A stretch of 64,000 nt of DNA from the NCBI GenBank assembly GCA_002269645.1, contig NIVC01000166.1, positions 248,001 through 312,000 of the forward strand. The letters run 5' to 3'. This DNA comes from Macrostomum lignano (Eukaryota). A program made the translations under genes and the position numbers. Under the pieces are notes generated by a model that did not search any database, was not told where the DNA came from, and worked only from the letters and a program-made list of their open reading frames with translations. This document shows positions 34,266 to 46,898 of the stretch, in pieces; position 1 is the stretch's first letter; the number at the start of each line of letters is the position of its first letter.

Positions 34266-37200
34266 TTAGGCCTGGGAAAACTGCACTACAGTTTGAACAA
34301 AACTATCGAAATCTTCAGAGACGACCTTAGCCGACTTCTTAGCATTGATAATTTGGCACAATAACTCTGGTATCGGAGGAGCGGATGCTTGAACTGAGTC
34401 GCTATGCTCGGACAGCAGTTCGCCAGTGAGACGCAGCACCAACAGTTGAAGGTCGCCAATACCATCTTCATCATCATCATCAGCATCCTCGGCAATATTC
34501 GAATCGAATTCATTCGGCGAACAGCTGACAATATGACGCAACGAATTGACAATCAAAGCCTGAGCTACAGAGCAGCTAGGCGTAGGACTCAAATTCAATA
34601 ACAGGCATAGCCTCAGAGAGGCGAGGCCAAGCACCAGAATGGACAAGAAGTTGTTGGCACACAAACGATTATTTCCAGAGCCAATTGAAACAGTCAGATA
34701 GTCTGTCAGACTAGCTATCATGCCAGTCAGTTGTTGGCCATCAAAGCACAAGTTAGAGGCGTCCTCTTCAGCCGAGTGCATCTGACCCAGAGTGAGGTTC
34801 AGCAGCACATTCGCCAGAGGAGACAGGGCGCTGGACGATGAGGCAGCAAGTTGACGAGCGAGACAGTCAGACATCAGGTAGCGAATTAACTGGCGACTAC
34901 TCTTGCGAAGAAGCTCGACGCCATCGTCTGAGGAGGTGAGGGTGCACAGGTAGGGCAGGGCGGCTCTGCGGGAGGTTCAATAAGCATGTCTGAGGTTATA
35001 GTCTTGTATATATATTTAGTTGATCGGTGCATGTATGTAGCTTTTTTTCTACATATCACTAAATACTTTAGCGATAATATCCCCTTAGCTTGTATCTATA
35101 GGGTTTATTTTTTACTCCTAAAGGCCAGATTAAGAATTTAGCTTTATACTGGATGAGATAAGACCAGCAATCTTTGATCTCCCGCTGTTGGGAGATTGTT
35201 GTCAGCCCCGGCTTCGTTGTCTTAGTGAGCACATTATGAATTATCATTTATGATTTAGGAATAAATCTTTATGGATAGCAACCCCATTTTAATTTTTTAT
35301 CCTTAATTGAGCACTTGCAGATCATCACATATATACATAGACTGAGTTACCTGGCAACGTCATCAGCATCCTCAGAATCCACGGCATCGTTCGGTCCTTC
35401 AGCTCCCATCAGCCAGCCAAGCAGCTGTACAAACGCGCCCCGCTCACGACAGCTGTCGCTGTTGAATTCCTCATCATTGCCTACCCGTTCGCGAATCTGT
35501 TCGGCAAGTTCATCGCCTTCGCTCAGCCACAGGCAGAGGCAGCGGGCGCAGGCGGCCAAGAACAGTCGCTGAGGTCGATTCGAACCAGCGTCAGCAGCTG
35601 TCAGCGGCGATTTCATAAATGCAGAAGCCCCAGCAACAAGACGATCCAATAGAAGATCAAAAGCGTCGCTAAGACGAGTAAGTAATCGCTCAAAATAATC
35701 AGGTCGTTGCTCGGCGCCACGGTCCGATTGCTGCTGCTCCAACAATCGGCGAATAGTTTCTTCTAGTAGAACGAAACAAGCGCCAAGAGTTTCGCGATGC
35801 TGCGAACTCGCCATTACAAGTTCAAATGCTCGGTCGCTTTCGTCCGCAAGATTTAATCGGACATCAACTTCCAAAGCGGCCAGTGAGCCAATCAGGTAGA
35901 GCAGCTCCGATTCGGCCACTGCACCAGAGCTCGCCTTGCTGTCAACAATGTCCGCAAGACCACGCTTGCTAGCCGAAGCTAAATTGGCTAATAGCGACAG
36001 ACTGACAGCTCGAAGACTGCGGTTGCCAAGGAGACTGGGCATCAAAGGACGCAACTGCTCGGTTAGACGACCAGACGAAATTGTGACGCAGTTTGGCGTA
36101 ACGTAGGACAACAGCTGACTGACGAATTCGAGGATATCCGCCGTGCCGGGTAATTGGGAATCCTCGGTCGGGGATTTCCCTTGGGATTCCCCGGTTGAGG
36201 ATTTCCCTTGGGATTCCCCGGATTGGGTTTTCCCTTGGGAATAATCAGTTGGGGATTTCCCTTGGGATTCCCCGGCTAGGGATTTCCCTTGGGATTCCCC
36301 GGATTGGGTTTTCCCTTGGGAATCATCAGTTGGGGATTTCCCTTGGGATTCCCCGGCTGAGGATTTCCCTTGGGATCCCCCGGTTGGGGATTTCCCTTGG
36401 GATTCCCCGGCTAGGGATTTCCCTTGAGAGTCCCCGGATTGGGTTTTCTCTTGGGAATCCTCATTTGGGGATTTCCATTGGGATTCCCCACGTGAAGAGT
36501 TCCCTTGATCGGACTGCTTTGTCTTGGACAGTTCAGCTTGAAACTCTTCGACAAGCTCAGCGGTTAGGTTAGAGAGCAGCTTGTCAACAGATGGAGCCAC
36601 TCGATCAAGCATGCCGGCAAAAGCGCACCGATCCAACGCCACCAGCGCCAGCCTCAGGCTGCTATCCCACTCCGGCAGCCGGTTGAGCACAGATTCCACA
36701 AGAGTTCCCACTAGCAGCGAATCTGCCAAGAACTCTCTGCACTGATCCAGCTCTAATCCGCAGGCGATAAAGTACAGCGCCCGGTGAAGCTGCTCAACAA
36801 GCTGGCGAGTCTCCTCGGATTGAGCGGCAGCCGGCTGCCACCGAGCCAGGCATCGGCAGAGGCCATTCAGCAGGTCGGGGAAATCCGCCCGGCCAGCCAT
36901 TCCGGCCAAGTCTCGCTCGGCCAAGTGTCCGATAATCGAGGCCGCGGCGGAGACGTGCGCCAGCGTGTCCGCATCGTCGCCGTCGCCGTCGCCGTCGCGG
37001 TCGACTAGAAGCAGGCGTAGCAAAAATTTGGTATCGATATGAGCAAATACTGAGCTGCTCTCGGGGGCGCTGAATGCGGCCAGCTGACGGGCGGTGAGCA
37101 GTAGAGCGGCCACCCGGTCATTGTCTGTGCCGGCTTTGGCCAGCGCCTTAGCGCATAGAGCTGCGGCTGATTGGCGCGACTGAAAAAGTAAATTAATATA

Positions 37201-38048
37201 TTTCAATGCGCTGCTAAAAATCCTAATCGCACTACTTATAGCAGCATGGTTTGGAAAACTCAACAGAGGACTGCAAAGCCTTTCCAACCGGCCATCGGGT
37301 CCTTTGAAACTTCACAATAGCAATCCGGCCTGTGTCTCTTCTCCCCCTTCTCTCATCTCTCCCCATTCTCTATTCTCTCTTCTCTCGCCCTTCTCTCTTC
37401 TCTCTCCATTCTATCTTCTCTCCCCTCTTCTATCTTCTCTCCCTCTTCTCTCCCCCTTTTCTCTCCCCTCTTCTCTCTCCCTTCTCTTTTCTCTCCCCAT
37501 TCTTTCTTCTCTCCCCTCTTCTCTCTTCTCTTTTCTCTCCCCCCTTCTTTTCTCTCACCTCTTCTCTCTTCTCTCCCCTCTTCTCTCTTCTCTCCCCTCT
37601 TCTCTTTTTTCTCCCCTCTTCTCCCTTCTCTCCCCTCTTCTCTTTCCTCTCCCCTCTTCTCTTTTCTCTCCCCTCTTCTCTCTCCCTTCTCTTTTCTCTC
37701 CCCTCTTCTCTCTCCCTTCTCTTTTCTCTCCCCTCTTCTCTTTTCTCTCTCCTGTTCTATATTCTCTCCCTCTTCTCTCCCCTCTTCTCTCTCCCTTCTC
37801 TTTTCTCTCCCCATTCTTTCTTCTCTTTTCTCTCCCCTTCTCACATCTCTCCTTTCTTCTCTCCCCTCTTCTCCTCTCTCTTCTCCTCTTTTTCTCTCTC
37901 TTCTCTTTATCTCTACTTCGTTTCCATCGCTCGTCTTGTCTCTCAGTTCTTCGCCTCTCTCGCATTTACAGTCTTATCTTTCATTTCTAATCTTCTTCTC
38001 TCCTCTATCTCCCCCTTTCCTTCCCTCACTCGCCTGGCCCACAGCCAT
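34266..38048 (-). CDS. NCDN: Neurochondrin-like ARM-repeat protein; exons ~38030-38048 (tentative), 35351-~37179, 34266-34965
   Basis: ALAKAGTDNDRVAALLL...FAHIDTKFLLRLL, ACARCLCLWLSE and ALPYLCTLTSSDDG follow neurochondrin motif order. The phase-2 intron 34966-35350 is consistent. Confidence 0.75.
37330..38030. repeat. CT-rich low-complexity tract (first intron of NCDN)
   Basis: Nearly pure pyrimidine on the plus strand. Confidence 0.95.
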
Positions 38049-38424
38049 GAGCTGAATTCTTTATCTAGCGCTTGATATAAGTCTGCCGACCCCTGTCATA
38101 TAGCGGAGGGGTGCAAATAAAAAAATTCACAAAAGAAGTTTAAATAAAATCGTGAATTAGCTTTAAATGTGTGCTTATTATTTAAGAAAATTCAGTGTAG
38201 AAACATTATTAAAACTTATTATTCTGTAAATACAGAATTAGATAAAATACCGGATATGAAGCATGCAAACTATTGAAACAAAATCATTCAATGGCAATGA
38301 TTTATATATAAAAAATCTGAATCTAATGGAATAATCAAACTCTTATTATAGAAATGCTTACTATTGATTCGAATGTCTCTTTACGAATAGATAACGCTCA
38401 GATTTTTTACGCAATAACTAAGAT

Positions 38425-41400
38425 TTATGGTTGCTGCCGTCCGTTGTTTTGCCGCGCGTAAAGCTGCTGCAGTGCTTTCATTTGTTCCACCAATGAGGCC
38501 AATTCTGATGGTGACTTCTGGGAATGGAAAATGTAATTGCTACTCATTTAGCGACTCATTTGACTACTCATTTAGCGACTCATTTGACTACTCATTTAGC
38601 GACTCATTTGACTACTCATTTATCTACTCATTTGACTACTCATTTATCTACTCATTTAGCTACTCAGCTATCTACTTATTTAGCTACTCAGTTATCTACT
38701 CAGTTATCTACTTATTTATCTACTCATTTAGCTACTCATTTAGCTACTTAGTTATCTACTCATTTAGGTACTCATTTATCTACTCATTTGGCTACTCATT
38801 TATCCACTTATTTAGCTACCCATTTAGCTACTCATTTATCCACTCATTTAGCTACTCATTTAGCAACTAACTAATAAAAGGAAGGGCTAAGCTTACTGTA
38901 TTCGCTTCAACAGACGCTTCAGTGAAAGCAGCTGATACTACTAACTCAGTAGAATAAGCAGGTGTTGCAGATGATTTCACTTGCTTAGGAAATTTTCGAG
39001 TGTCAGAAAGCAGGCCAACTCTAAATAGTAAATTGTCCAACAGCAATTCGTAACTCTGAAATGGGAAAATAGGGGAAACCGTGAGAGAGGGGATCAAAAG
39101 AAAACGGGGAAATGAAACAGAAGAAATGAGGATTAAGAAATTTCCATTTTACAACGGTCAAGGCCAAAGGCAGACAGGAAGGAAGGAGAGAGGCTGACTG
39201 TGAAGCAAAAATGAGGCAATTATCTCCTACATCAAGTTGAGCATGCTAAATTTCCTCCCGTTGTGGGGAAATTACTAATTTTATCATAATCGATTAGATA
39301 GAAACTCGGTTGACCTTACTACCAGTAAGGGGAATTATTACTTTTACTAATATGACATATGAAGTCTTACATGCACTTAAGCCAAGTATCAAAGCAAATT
39401 AATAAATAGCGAGGAAATTTCGGGTTTAAAGAGCAATCTAGTTGCTAGGGTAGCTTCAATATGCCTAGAATAGAATTAGATCTCATATTTCTTTGCCCCG
39501 TTTAGCCATCAATAGAAACAACAGCTTTGGTAACTCAGTAATGTAATCTGTCAAATTCTTCCCATTGTGCACAAAAAACAGCTATATGCCGATTTCATAA
39601 CAATGCGCGCTATTTAACAATAGTTTAAATGGGGACGGGGCAAGGACTAGCTGCCTCATGATGGTATATGAGGGGACTCTGCGTGAACGTTTGTAAGAGT
39701 GCGTGCGTGCCGATAGTATTGGCGCGCTTCTATGTGCTCAGGAGTCAGCGGAATGACCTACCGGAAAGATCTATGACCTACCAGTACCAGAAGATCTATG
39801 ACCTACCAGTACCAGAAGATCTATGACCTACCAGTACCAGAAGATCTATGACCTACCAGTACCAGAAGATCTATGACCTACCAGTACCAGAAGATCTATG
39901 ACCTACCAGTACCAGAAGATCTATGACCTACCAGTACCAGAAGATCTATGAACTACCAGTACCAGAAGATCTATGAGCTACCAGTACCAGAAGATCTATG
40001 TATGAAACACCAGGAAGACATATGACCTATCAGAAAGGTTGGTCTATGACATATCAGACAAGTTTATGAACTACGAGAAGAATCTATGACCTACAATCAA
40101 GATTTTTGACCTACCAGAAAGGTCGGAACTACCAAAAAGGTAGGTCTTTGAGCTATCAGAAAGGTATATGAACTAACAGGAAGAATGGAAAATCTATGAC
40201 CTTCCAGAAAGGTCTATGACCTACCTTAAGAAAGAAGGAAAAATCTTTGTCCCTGACAAATTTACTCGAATAAGGTAATTTATAAGAACTGAAGAAAGAA
40301 TGATTTTAAGAAAAAATGTTTTCGTTTTAACTTTTACTTAAAGAATTTGCATAAATAATTTCTGTCCCTTGCTTATATTGGCTGCCCCGAAAGGGGGGCA
40401 CTGGATTGTTAGTCCATATACTATAAATGGTCTTATCTAAAAATTGCAATTACTAACAAAAAACTACAATAAACAAACTCTAGGAAAGAAAACAGCAAGA
40501 CACGTGCTTGAAGCGGACTTGACCTTTAACTGCACTGCGAAGTTTTAACCGGTTAGACAATAATTTTTTAATACTAGAGCAAAATGTAACGAAAATATTT
40601 GGTTGGACCAATTATTGGAAACTACAACTACACTACGACTACGACTACAAGTATTCTTCTACATGCACTCCTCGAAGTTTATTTAATATAAACAGTTCCT
40701 CTTAAGCTCCAGTCAGCCTGAATTTTATGCAAAAATAAATTTCCTCGTTCTTGTAAGAGTACCCTGAGGAATTCCCCTCTGAGCGTTTTAATGTCAAAAA
40801 GATTAAAAATATTTCCCTGAAATCCTAAATTCATAGGGGAATTGCTGAGATGTCAAGGCTCACGGGGAGGGGGAATTGCTGAGATGTCAAGGCTAACTGG
40901 GGAAATTGCTGAGATGTCAAGGCTCACGGGGAGGGGGAATTGCTGAGATGTCAAGGCTCACGGGGAGGGGGAATTGCTGAGATGTCAAGGCTAACTGGGG
41001 AAATTGCTGAGATGTCAAGGCTAACTGGGGAAATTGCTGAGATGTCAAGGCTAACGAGGAGAATTGCTGGGACGTCGAGGCTCATGTGGGTTTCTCACAT
41101 GCCTTGAGCCACAGCTCATAGAGGATCTGCATCTGATATCGTAGGCTAGACTTCCCTTAAGAGATTAACACTAGCGAACGTACAAGGTCAAAGAAACCAA
41201 CATGCAGTTGATTAAAAAACATTCTTGCCTCCCCAACCCCAACAGGAGAGCCAAGAAGGCTAACTTAGTAACAAAATTTTTAGATACTCTCCTGAGAAGT
41301 TCCTCAACAACACTTACCGATGCATTCAGCAGTCCCCGATGCCTCATAGTGTACAGAGCATCCCAAACTGAACGCTGCCGCTCAGTCAGTGACGGATAAA

Positions 41401-42699
41401 CCTGCATAGACTTCGAACCCGTCACGGACTGACATGCCAGCGGTGTCTCTAGCAACATTTTGTACTGACAGACTGGAGACTCGACCACTGAGGCCAGCCG
41501 AGTGGCCCTGGAGCAGGCCAATTCGACTAGAGTTCGTCTCGAATCGCGTCCGTGGCCGCAGGGCACGCCGTTTGGCATTGCCATGGCAACTAGGCGGCTT
41601 TCGTTGGCGCCACTGTGATCCACGAGCCAGCCGTCCCACACTCTGGGGAATAAGATGGATTAGGGATTCTTGACAGATGCTTGAGATGGGGATCTGGGGA
41701 ATAAGGCGTCTGTGATTGGGACCTGGGGAATCAGATGTCTCAGATGGGGATCTGCATCTGGGGAATCAGGTGCCTTAATAGGAATTTGAAGAATCAGATG
41801 CCTGAAATGGGGACTGGGGTAATCAGAGGCGTGACGTGTAGGGAATCAGAGGCCTGGTATCTAGGGAATTAGAGGTCTGATATCTAGGGAATCAGAGGCC
41901 TGACATCTAGGGAATCAGAGGCCTGATATCTAGGGAATTAGAGGTCTGATATCTAGGGAATCAGAGGCCTGACATCTAGGGAATCAGAGGCCTGACATCT
42001 AAGGAATCAGAGGCCTGGTATCTAGGGAATTAGAGGTCTGATATCTAGGGAATCAGAGGCCTGACATCTAGGGAATCAGAGGCCTGAAATCTAGGGAATT
42101 AGAGGCCTGATATCTAGGGAATCAGAGGCCTGACATCTAGGGAATCAGAGGCCTGATATCTGGGGAACCAGAGGCCTGACATCTAGGGAATCAGAGGCCT
42201 GATATCTAGGGAATCAAAGGCCTGATATCTAGGGAATCAGAGGCCTGACACCTAGGGAATCAGAAGCCTAAGAGAACACAGACACAAGAGAATCAGTAGC
42301 CAATAATCACCCAATAACACCATGAAAGCCATCTAAAGCGCGATAGACCACATCGCGCTGAGTAGCATTGTCAAATGGGCACAGTGTATACTCATACTGC
42401 GCCCCAACTTGAGTTGAATAGCATCGACCAAAAAGACCAGAGATAAGTCTAGCTGGACCACTAGGAGGCTTAGCTGTTACAGGCTTCTTCGGTTGTTGTG
42501 GTCGCTGCTGCTGCTGCTGTTGTTGTTGTTGTTGAAAATAATTATGCGGCGAATCAAGAACTTTTATTGGTACTTGATGATTTGCAGCTGCCAGTTCATT
42601 GTGCAACTGCATAGGCACCATTGCAAAAGCTGAGCTAGTAATACAATGAAGCACAAAGTTGACTACCATAACAGTAGTGCACAGCACAAACTTTATCAT
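38425..42699 (-). CDS. GNPTG: GlcNAc-1-phosphotransferase gamma subunit (MRH domain); exons 42311-42699, 41318-41642, 38897-39055, 38425-38517
   Basis: Signal peptide, then SGPARLISGLFGRCYS...YEYTLCPFDNATQ, GVWDGW, CGHGRDSRRTLVELAC, ESPVCQYKMLLETPLAC and QVYPSL...WD. Splice phases 2/0/0 are consistent. Confidence 0.88.
38530..38870. repeat. 12-bp minisatellite (CTACTCATTTAG/AT) in a GNPTG intron
   Basis: Tandem copies visible. Confidence 0.9.
39770..40220. repeat. 25-bp minisatellite (GAAGATCTATGACCTACCAGTACCA), degenerating to the right
   Basis: About 8 perfect copies, then decayed copies. Confidence 0.92.
40835..41090. repeat. ~30-33-bp minisatellite (GGGAATTGCTGAGATGTCAAGGCT...)
   Basis: Tandem copies visible. 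Confidence 0.9.
41820..42275. repeat. 23-bp minisatellite (TCTAGGGAATCAGAGGCCTGACA) in the first GNPTG intron
   Basis: Tandem copies visible. Confidence 0.92.
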
Positions 42700-45600
42700 A
42701 ATAAAGTTCTAGTTGTTCCTGCAATATGTATTATTGTAATAAATCTTCCAATGGTGTAACCTATACACCCATACAATAAACTAATACAAGGTCAAAGGCA
42801 TGAGAGAATTATGGATAACAATGTTGGCATAGCAAATTGGGCTGACTTACAAGTACTTATATTAGAAATACAAAAAACTGCTATATACACTCTGTACAAA
42901 TGCAACCTATAAAATTAAACTGGCTATATGACTTAGGTGTGACTGAAAACCTACCAAATATCTTATTATAACTTAGTCTGCTGCTAGTGCAACTCAACTA
43001 CTCTTTTGTGACTTAATTTTTCTTCTATTGCAATTCACTTTGTTTTATATTCACTCTTTGATTATTATGTATAGACTTTTCTTTTTTGCTTACCTGTGCT
43101 ATTTTTATCTTTTTCTTAGGTTGTTTGTTTTCTTTTTTCATTTTTTAATTTTGGTTATCAATTTTGCAGCTTATCTTTTGCCTGCCTATCCTTTATTGGA
43201 CCTTGCAAACCACTTCTTAATGGTTAAAAATTGCTAAAGTAATAATAAAAACCTTTCTGACTAAAAGCATAAAAACATATAGCCTTAAGTTCATTACCTT
43301 TAATATTAGTATATCATATTATACTATGAGAATGAAACATTTTAGTTCAACCCTAGTGTTACATCATAAAAATAAATAAATTCATAATTTAATTTAAGTG
43401 TGCTTAATCCAAATTCCAAAAGCAATAATTGTTCTAACTTTACAAAGATAATTAAAGACAAAGTAGACTCCTAAGATAGCACTGAGCCTATACATTGCAT
43501 ACTATATTGATCTAATTGACTTTATTGATAATGACTATACATGCTTATTATGACTTGTCAACACTTAACTTAGGCGTACTCTCATACTAATACATACTTA
43601 TGATCATTCATTTTAATCTTGCACCCAAAACCCTATTTGCTCTTACATTACTTTATTCAACCTAAAAACCAATGCCTGTACCTAGTTACTTTAGTTTAAT
43701 TATTAAAATACTCATATTCAATCTAAAGTACTAGGTAGACAGAAGACAGCCACCATGCATACAATTAAAACACTAAGTGGATGGCTGCCATGCACACAAA
43801 TGCAAGCTTTCTGTATATAATATGCTAGGCCCTATGAGCATCTTTGTGAAGCACAACTTGCCAGCCAGTCAGCCTTTTTTATTGGCTCTGCCTTCTCATT
43901 TTAGTATTACTTTAAGATGTTTAAGTTAAATGCTAAGTGCCTATTTCATTATTTAAGGACATTGCACATTATTTTTACTTATCAATCAGGCTAGGCCTAT
44001 TCTATAAAATTGTTTATTGAAATATTTCATCATTGTTTGAGTGATTCTCACTATTAAAGGAGTCATAAAAAGCTTACTGAAAAATATAAGGCCCCAAAAG
44101 CATTAGTAGTAAGAATAAAAAACAGAGCAACTTTGTTTTTCAAGGCCTTTAGCCATAGAGCAACAACAGTCATGGCTATAAATCTATCTATCACTAGGCC
44201 TATCTTTACTATTTTAAGTATTTTATTATATACATATATTTCCTTGTAAATATTTATACATATTATTAATAATACATATAAATATGGTCAGACAATATTA
44301 TATTTATTTTTTCACATTCTTAAGATAATCGAGATACGAGATTTAATTGAGATTCATGAATTGGAAGTCAAGTCTTGATAGGTGAACGCAAATTACTTTG
44401 TTCGATTTTCTGCTTTATTTACGCGAAACGTTTAAAACATTTAAACAAAGTTTGTTGTAAAATAAAAGCTCTAGGCTATTTAAAGCTGCAGAAATGCGAA
44501 AAGTAAAAAGCTGTCAAGTTTTTTAAGCTGAGCCAAGAGTAGTTTTGATCGTAGCTAAGGCCCTGGGGTAAAATTTGCAATAATTTGCGATTACCCCCCC
44601 CTCCGAACAAACGTTTGGGAATACTGAGGTGGGGTGGAGAACAAAATAAATTTTTTTAATTGGTTTGGGTTTGTCGTTGGGTTGGTCGACACCAGTGAGG
44701 TGGGCGGATTCCACGTTTGAACCGCCGCCTGCGTACGTTGTCTCAACACTCGTAAAGCCGGAAAATTTCACGAATTGATGCGTTGTCGAGTCTTCTCCTT
44801 GGATACTCCGTCTGCCGGGGTCCTCAATTCCGGGGGGAGGGTAGTCGTAATCTTAGTCGAGTGGTCTTGTAGCGGCCCGGGTCGTTCAGAATGGGTCTTC
44901 AGACACCGTAAACTTCGGAATTCGTCGAAGATGCTCGTTTCGTTACTAACAATAGTAAAAGTAGCGCTGCCACCACCGTAAATGTCGTTTTACGGAACGT
45001 TGAGGGTCTCAGAGCTTTCTTTGAGTTAAGACAAACTGGTTATTTTACGCCCCGCGGGCAAAGAACTTAATATAAACTAGAGGCTTTGATTAGGTCCAAC
45101 TGGATAAATATTAATGTTAGAAGCTTTTATTATCTTATTCGTTATTATTATTATTATTACGGTCAACTAATTATTAATAAAGATGCTAACTACGTAATGC
45201 GCAGAAACTGCTGGGTTTTGGAGGTGAGGTGGGTGTCAGAGCCAATGCAAATTCAATGCCTATCTAAATACATTAGACCTCTTCTAATTGGTCCAGACCC
45301 TGTAAGTCATTATGTGAGACATTTATGCATGTAACTCTCATGTAAATCTAATTATACGTACATGTAATCACTGTATCGTACAGAAGCGACGAGTACAACA
45401 TAGTACGCATAATTAGCGCTTCACCGTAGCAGTTGTTGTACGTAGAAACGCGCGCGCCCCCATCCCCACACAATGCAGCATCGGTGTACGCAGAATTAAC
45501 TGTTCATATACCAAAAATTGGCAGAATTAACGCGCACCGACCCACCCCATAACGTCCATATTATTACTTGTCCATATTTACTGTCCATCCCAAAATTGTT

Positions 45601-46026
45601 GTACGCACAGAATTGTAGCGCCCACCCACCCCATAGCTGTTTATATACCAAACTTCGTGTTATACGCACAGAATTGTAGCGCCCACCCATCCAAGAAAAT
45701 ATTATTTGACCCCCCACAATTAATTGGCGGCCCCGCGCGGAGGCATGATGAGTCAGCCGCTGTAAATCGCCGCTATCCACCCCTCTGCCCTGCGCTGGCC
45801 GCTATAGCTACCAGCAGCAGTGTTACGCAACAACCCGGTCGAGCCACAATGCTAACTTTATAGCCAGACACGTCATCAAGGTCTGAAAACACAAACTTCT
45901 ATGCATGAAATATTCTCGTTTAACAAGATGCCAAACCAATTTTGTTCAGACAGCAAACTATAAATAAGAAAATTTGGATTCTCGGCCGTTTATCTAAATT
46001 CACCAAGTTCAATTAACAACCCAATC

Positions 46027-46230
46027 ATGTGGAAAACGCAGTGTTTGACAAGCAATTTTTGGTTGCCAAAGCACAAGAGGATCAGACCGACAAAGCATGA
46101 ACTGCCAACAACTTTGAGCAAGGATTTCAACACACCTCCAACGCCAGCACCGAAAATAGGTACAAGTCTCATTTTTTCTGGAATCCTCGATAACGACAAC
46201 ACCGTAAAAAGCTCGTTAACATGTAATTAA
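46027..46230 (+). pseudogene. Short duplicate of the C-terminal part of ORF 46386-46898
   Basis: NFWLPKHKRIRPTKHELPTTLSKDFNTPPTPAP vs NFWLPKHKRNRPPKLELPATWSKDFSTPPTPAP. Confidence 0.75.
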
Positions 46231-46385
46231 AACAAAAACTTATTGAGACTCTCGGGTATATAAGCACCAACCCGGGGCACCAAGCACCCGTACCTGCAAA
46301 TTTTTCTCGAATTCTCGGCAGTTTTTCAAGCTCAAATAACATCCCCACCACTAGTGCGAACAACGCAGCAAGTGCTTGACAAGAA

Positions 46386-46898
46386 ATGAGCTGGATTTCC
46401 AGAGACTACCCCCTATTATCGAACGAGGAAAAAGACGAATATGAGGCCTTGAAAAAATCTGCTGACTGGTTGTGCATTTGCCACAGCAAACCGATTTCCG
46501 AGCGATTAGTCACCTTCAATGCCAAGGTCGAGGAAATTGATCAAGGCCCCTACGACAGCCAAGACTACGCAGCAGCCAGGATAAATGAGCAACTACGGGA
46601 CAAAATGAGGTTCAAAACTGATTTAGCACGAATGGAGAGATTACTGGCTCCGATACTAAGTGAAGAGCATCGCCAAAAAATACGTTTTCGGAACCATCAA
46701 GATCTGTATAATCCGTCGTGGGAGGAGCAACAAAAGATTTGGAATTTTTGGCTGCCAAAGCACAAGAGGAACAGGCCGCCAAAGCTTGAACTACCAGCAA
46801 CTTGGAGCAAGGATTTCAGCACACCTCCAACGCCAGCACCCGAAAATAGGAACAAAAGGTTCATTTTTCCGGAATCCTCGATAACGACAACTCTGTAA
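46386..46898 (+). CDS. Maverick hypothetical protein (170 aa)
   Basis: ATG-initiated, preceded by TATATAAG at 46257. No recognised domain. Confidence 0.65.
   Translation: MSWISRDYPLLSNEEKDEYEALKKSADWLCICHSKPISERLVTFNAKVEEIDQGPYDSQDYAAARINEQLRDKMRFKTDLARMERLLAPILSEEHRQKIRFRNHQDLYNPSWEEQQKIWNFWLPKHKRNRPPKLELPATWSKDFSTPPTPAPENRNKRFIFPESSITTTL

Noticed and set aside
37304-38075. Leu/Ser-rich and Arg/Glu-rich long ORFs
   Set aside because: CT low-complexity tract.
44104-44112. AGTAGT as a possible Maverick left terminus
   Set aside because: The hexamer alone is uninformative in AT-rich DNA, and the right end is deleted, so no TIR or TSD can be verified.
44523-45060. Minus-strand ORF fragments, one with a signal-like hydrophobic run
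   Set aside because: The pieces lie in different frames without an ATG start or recognisable motif. They cannot be assigned to host or virus.
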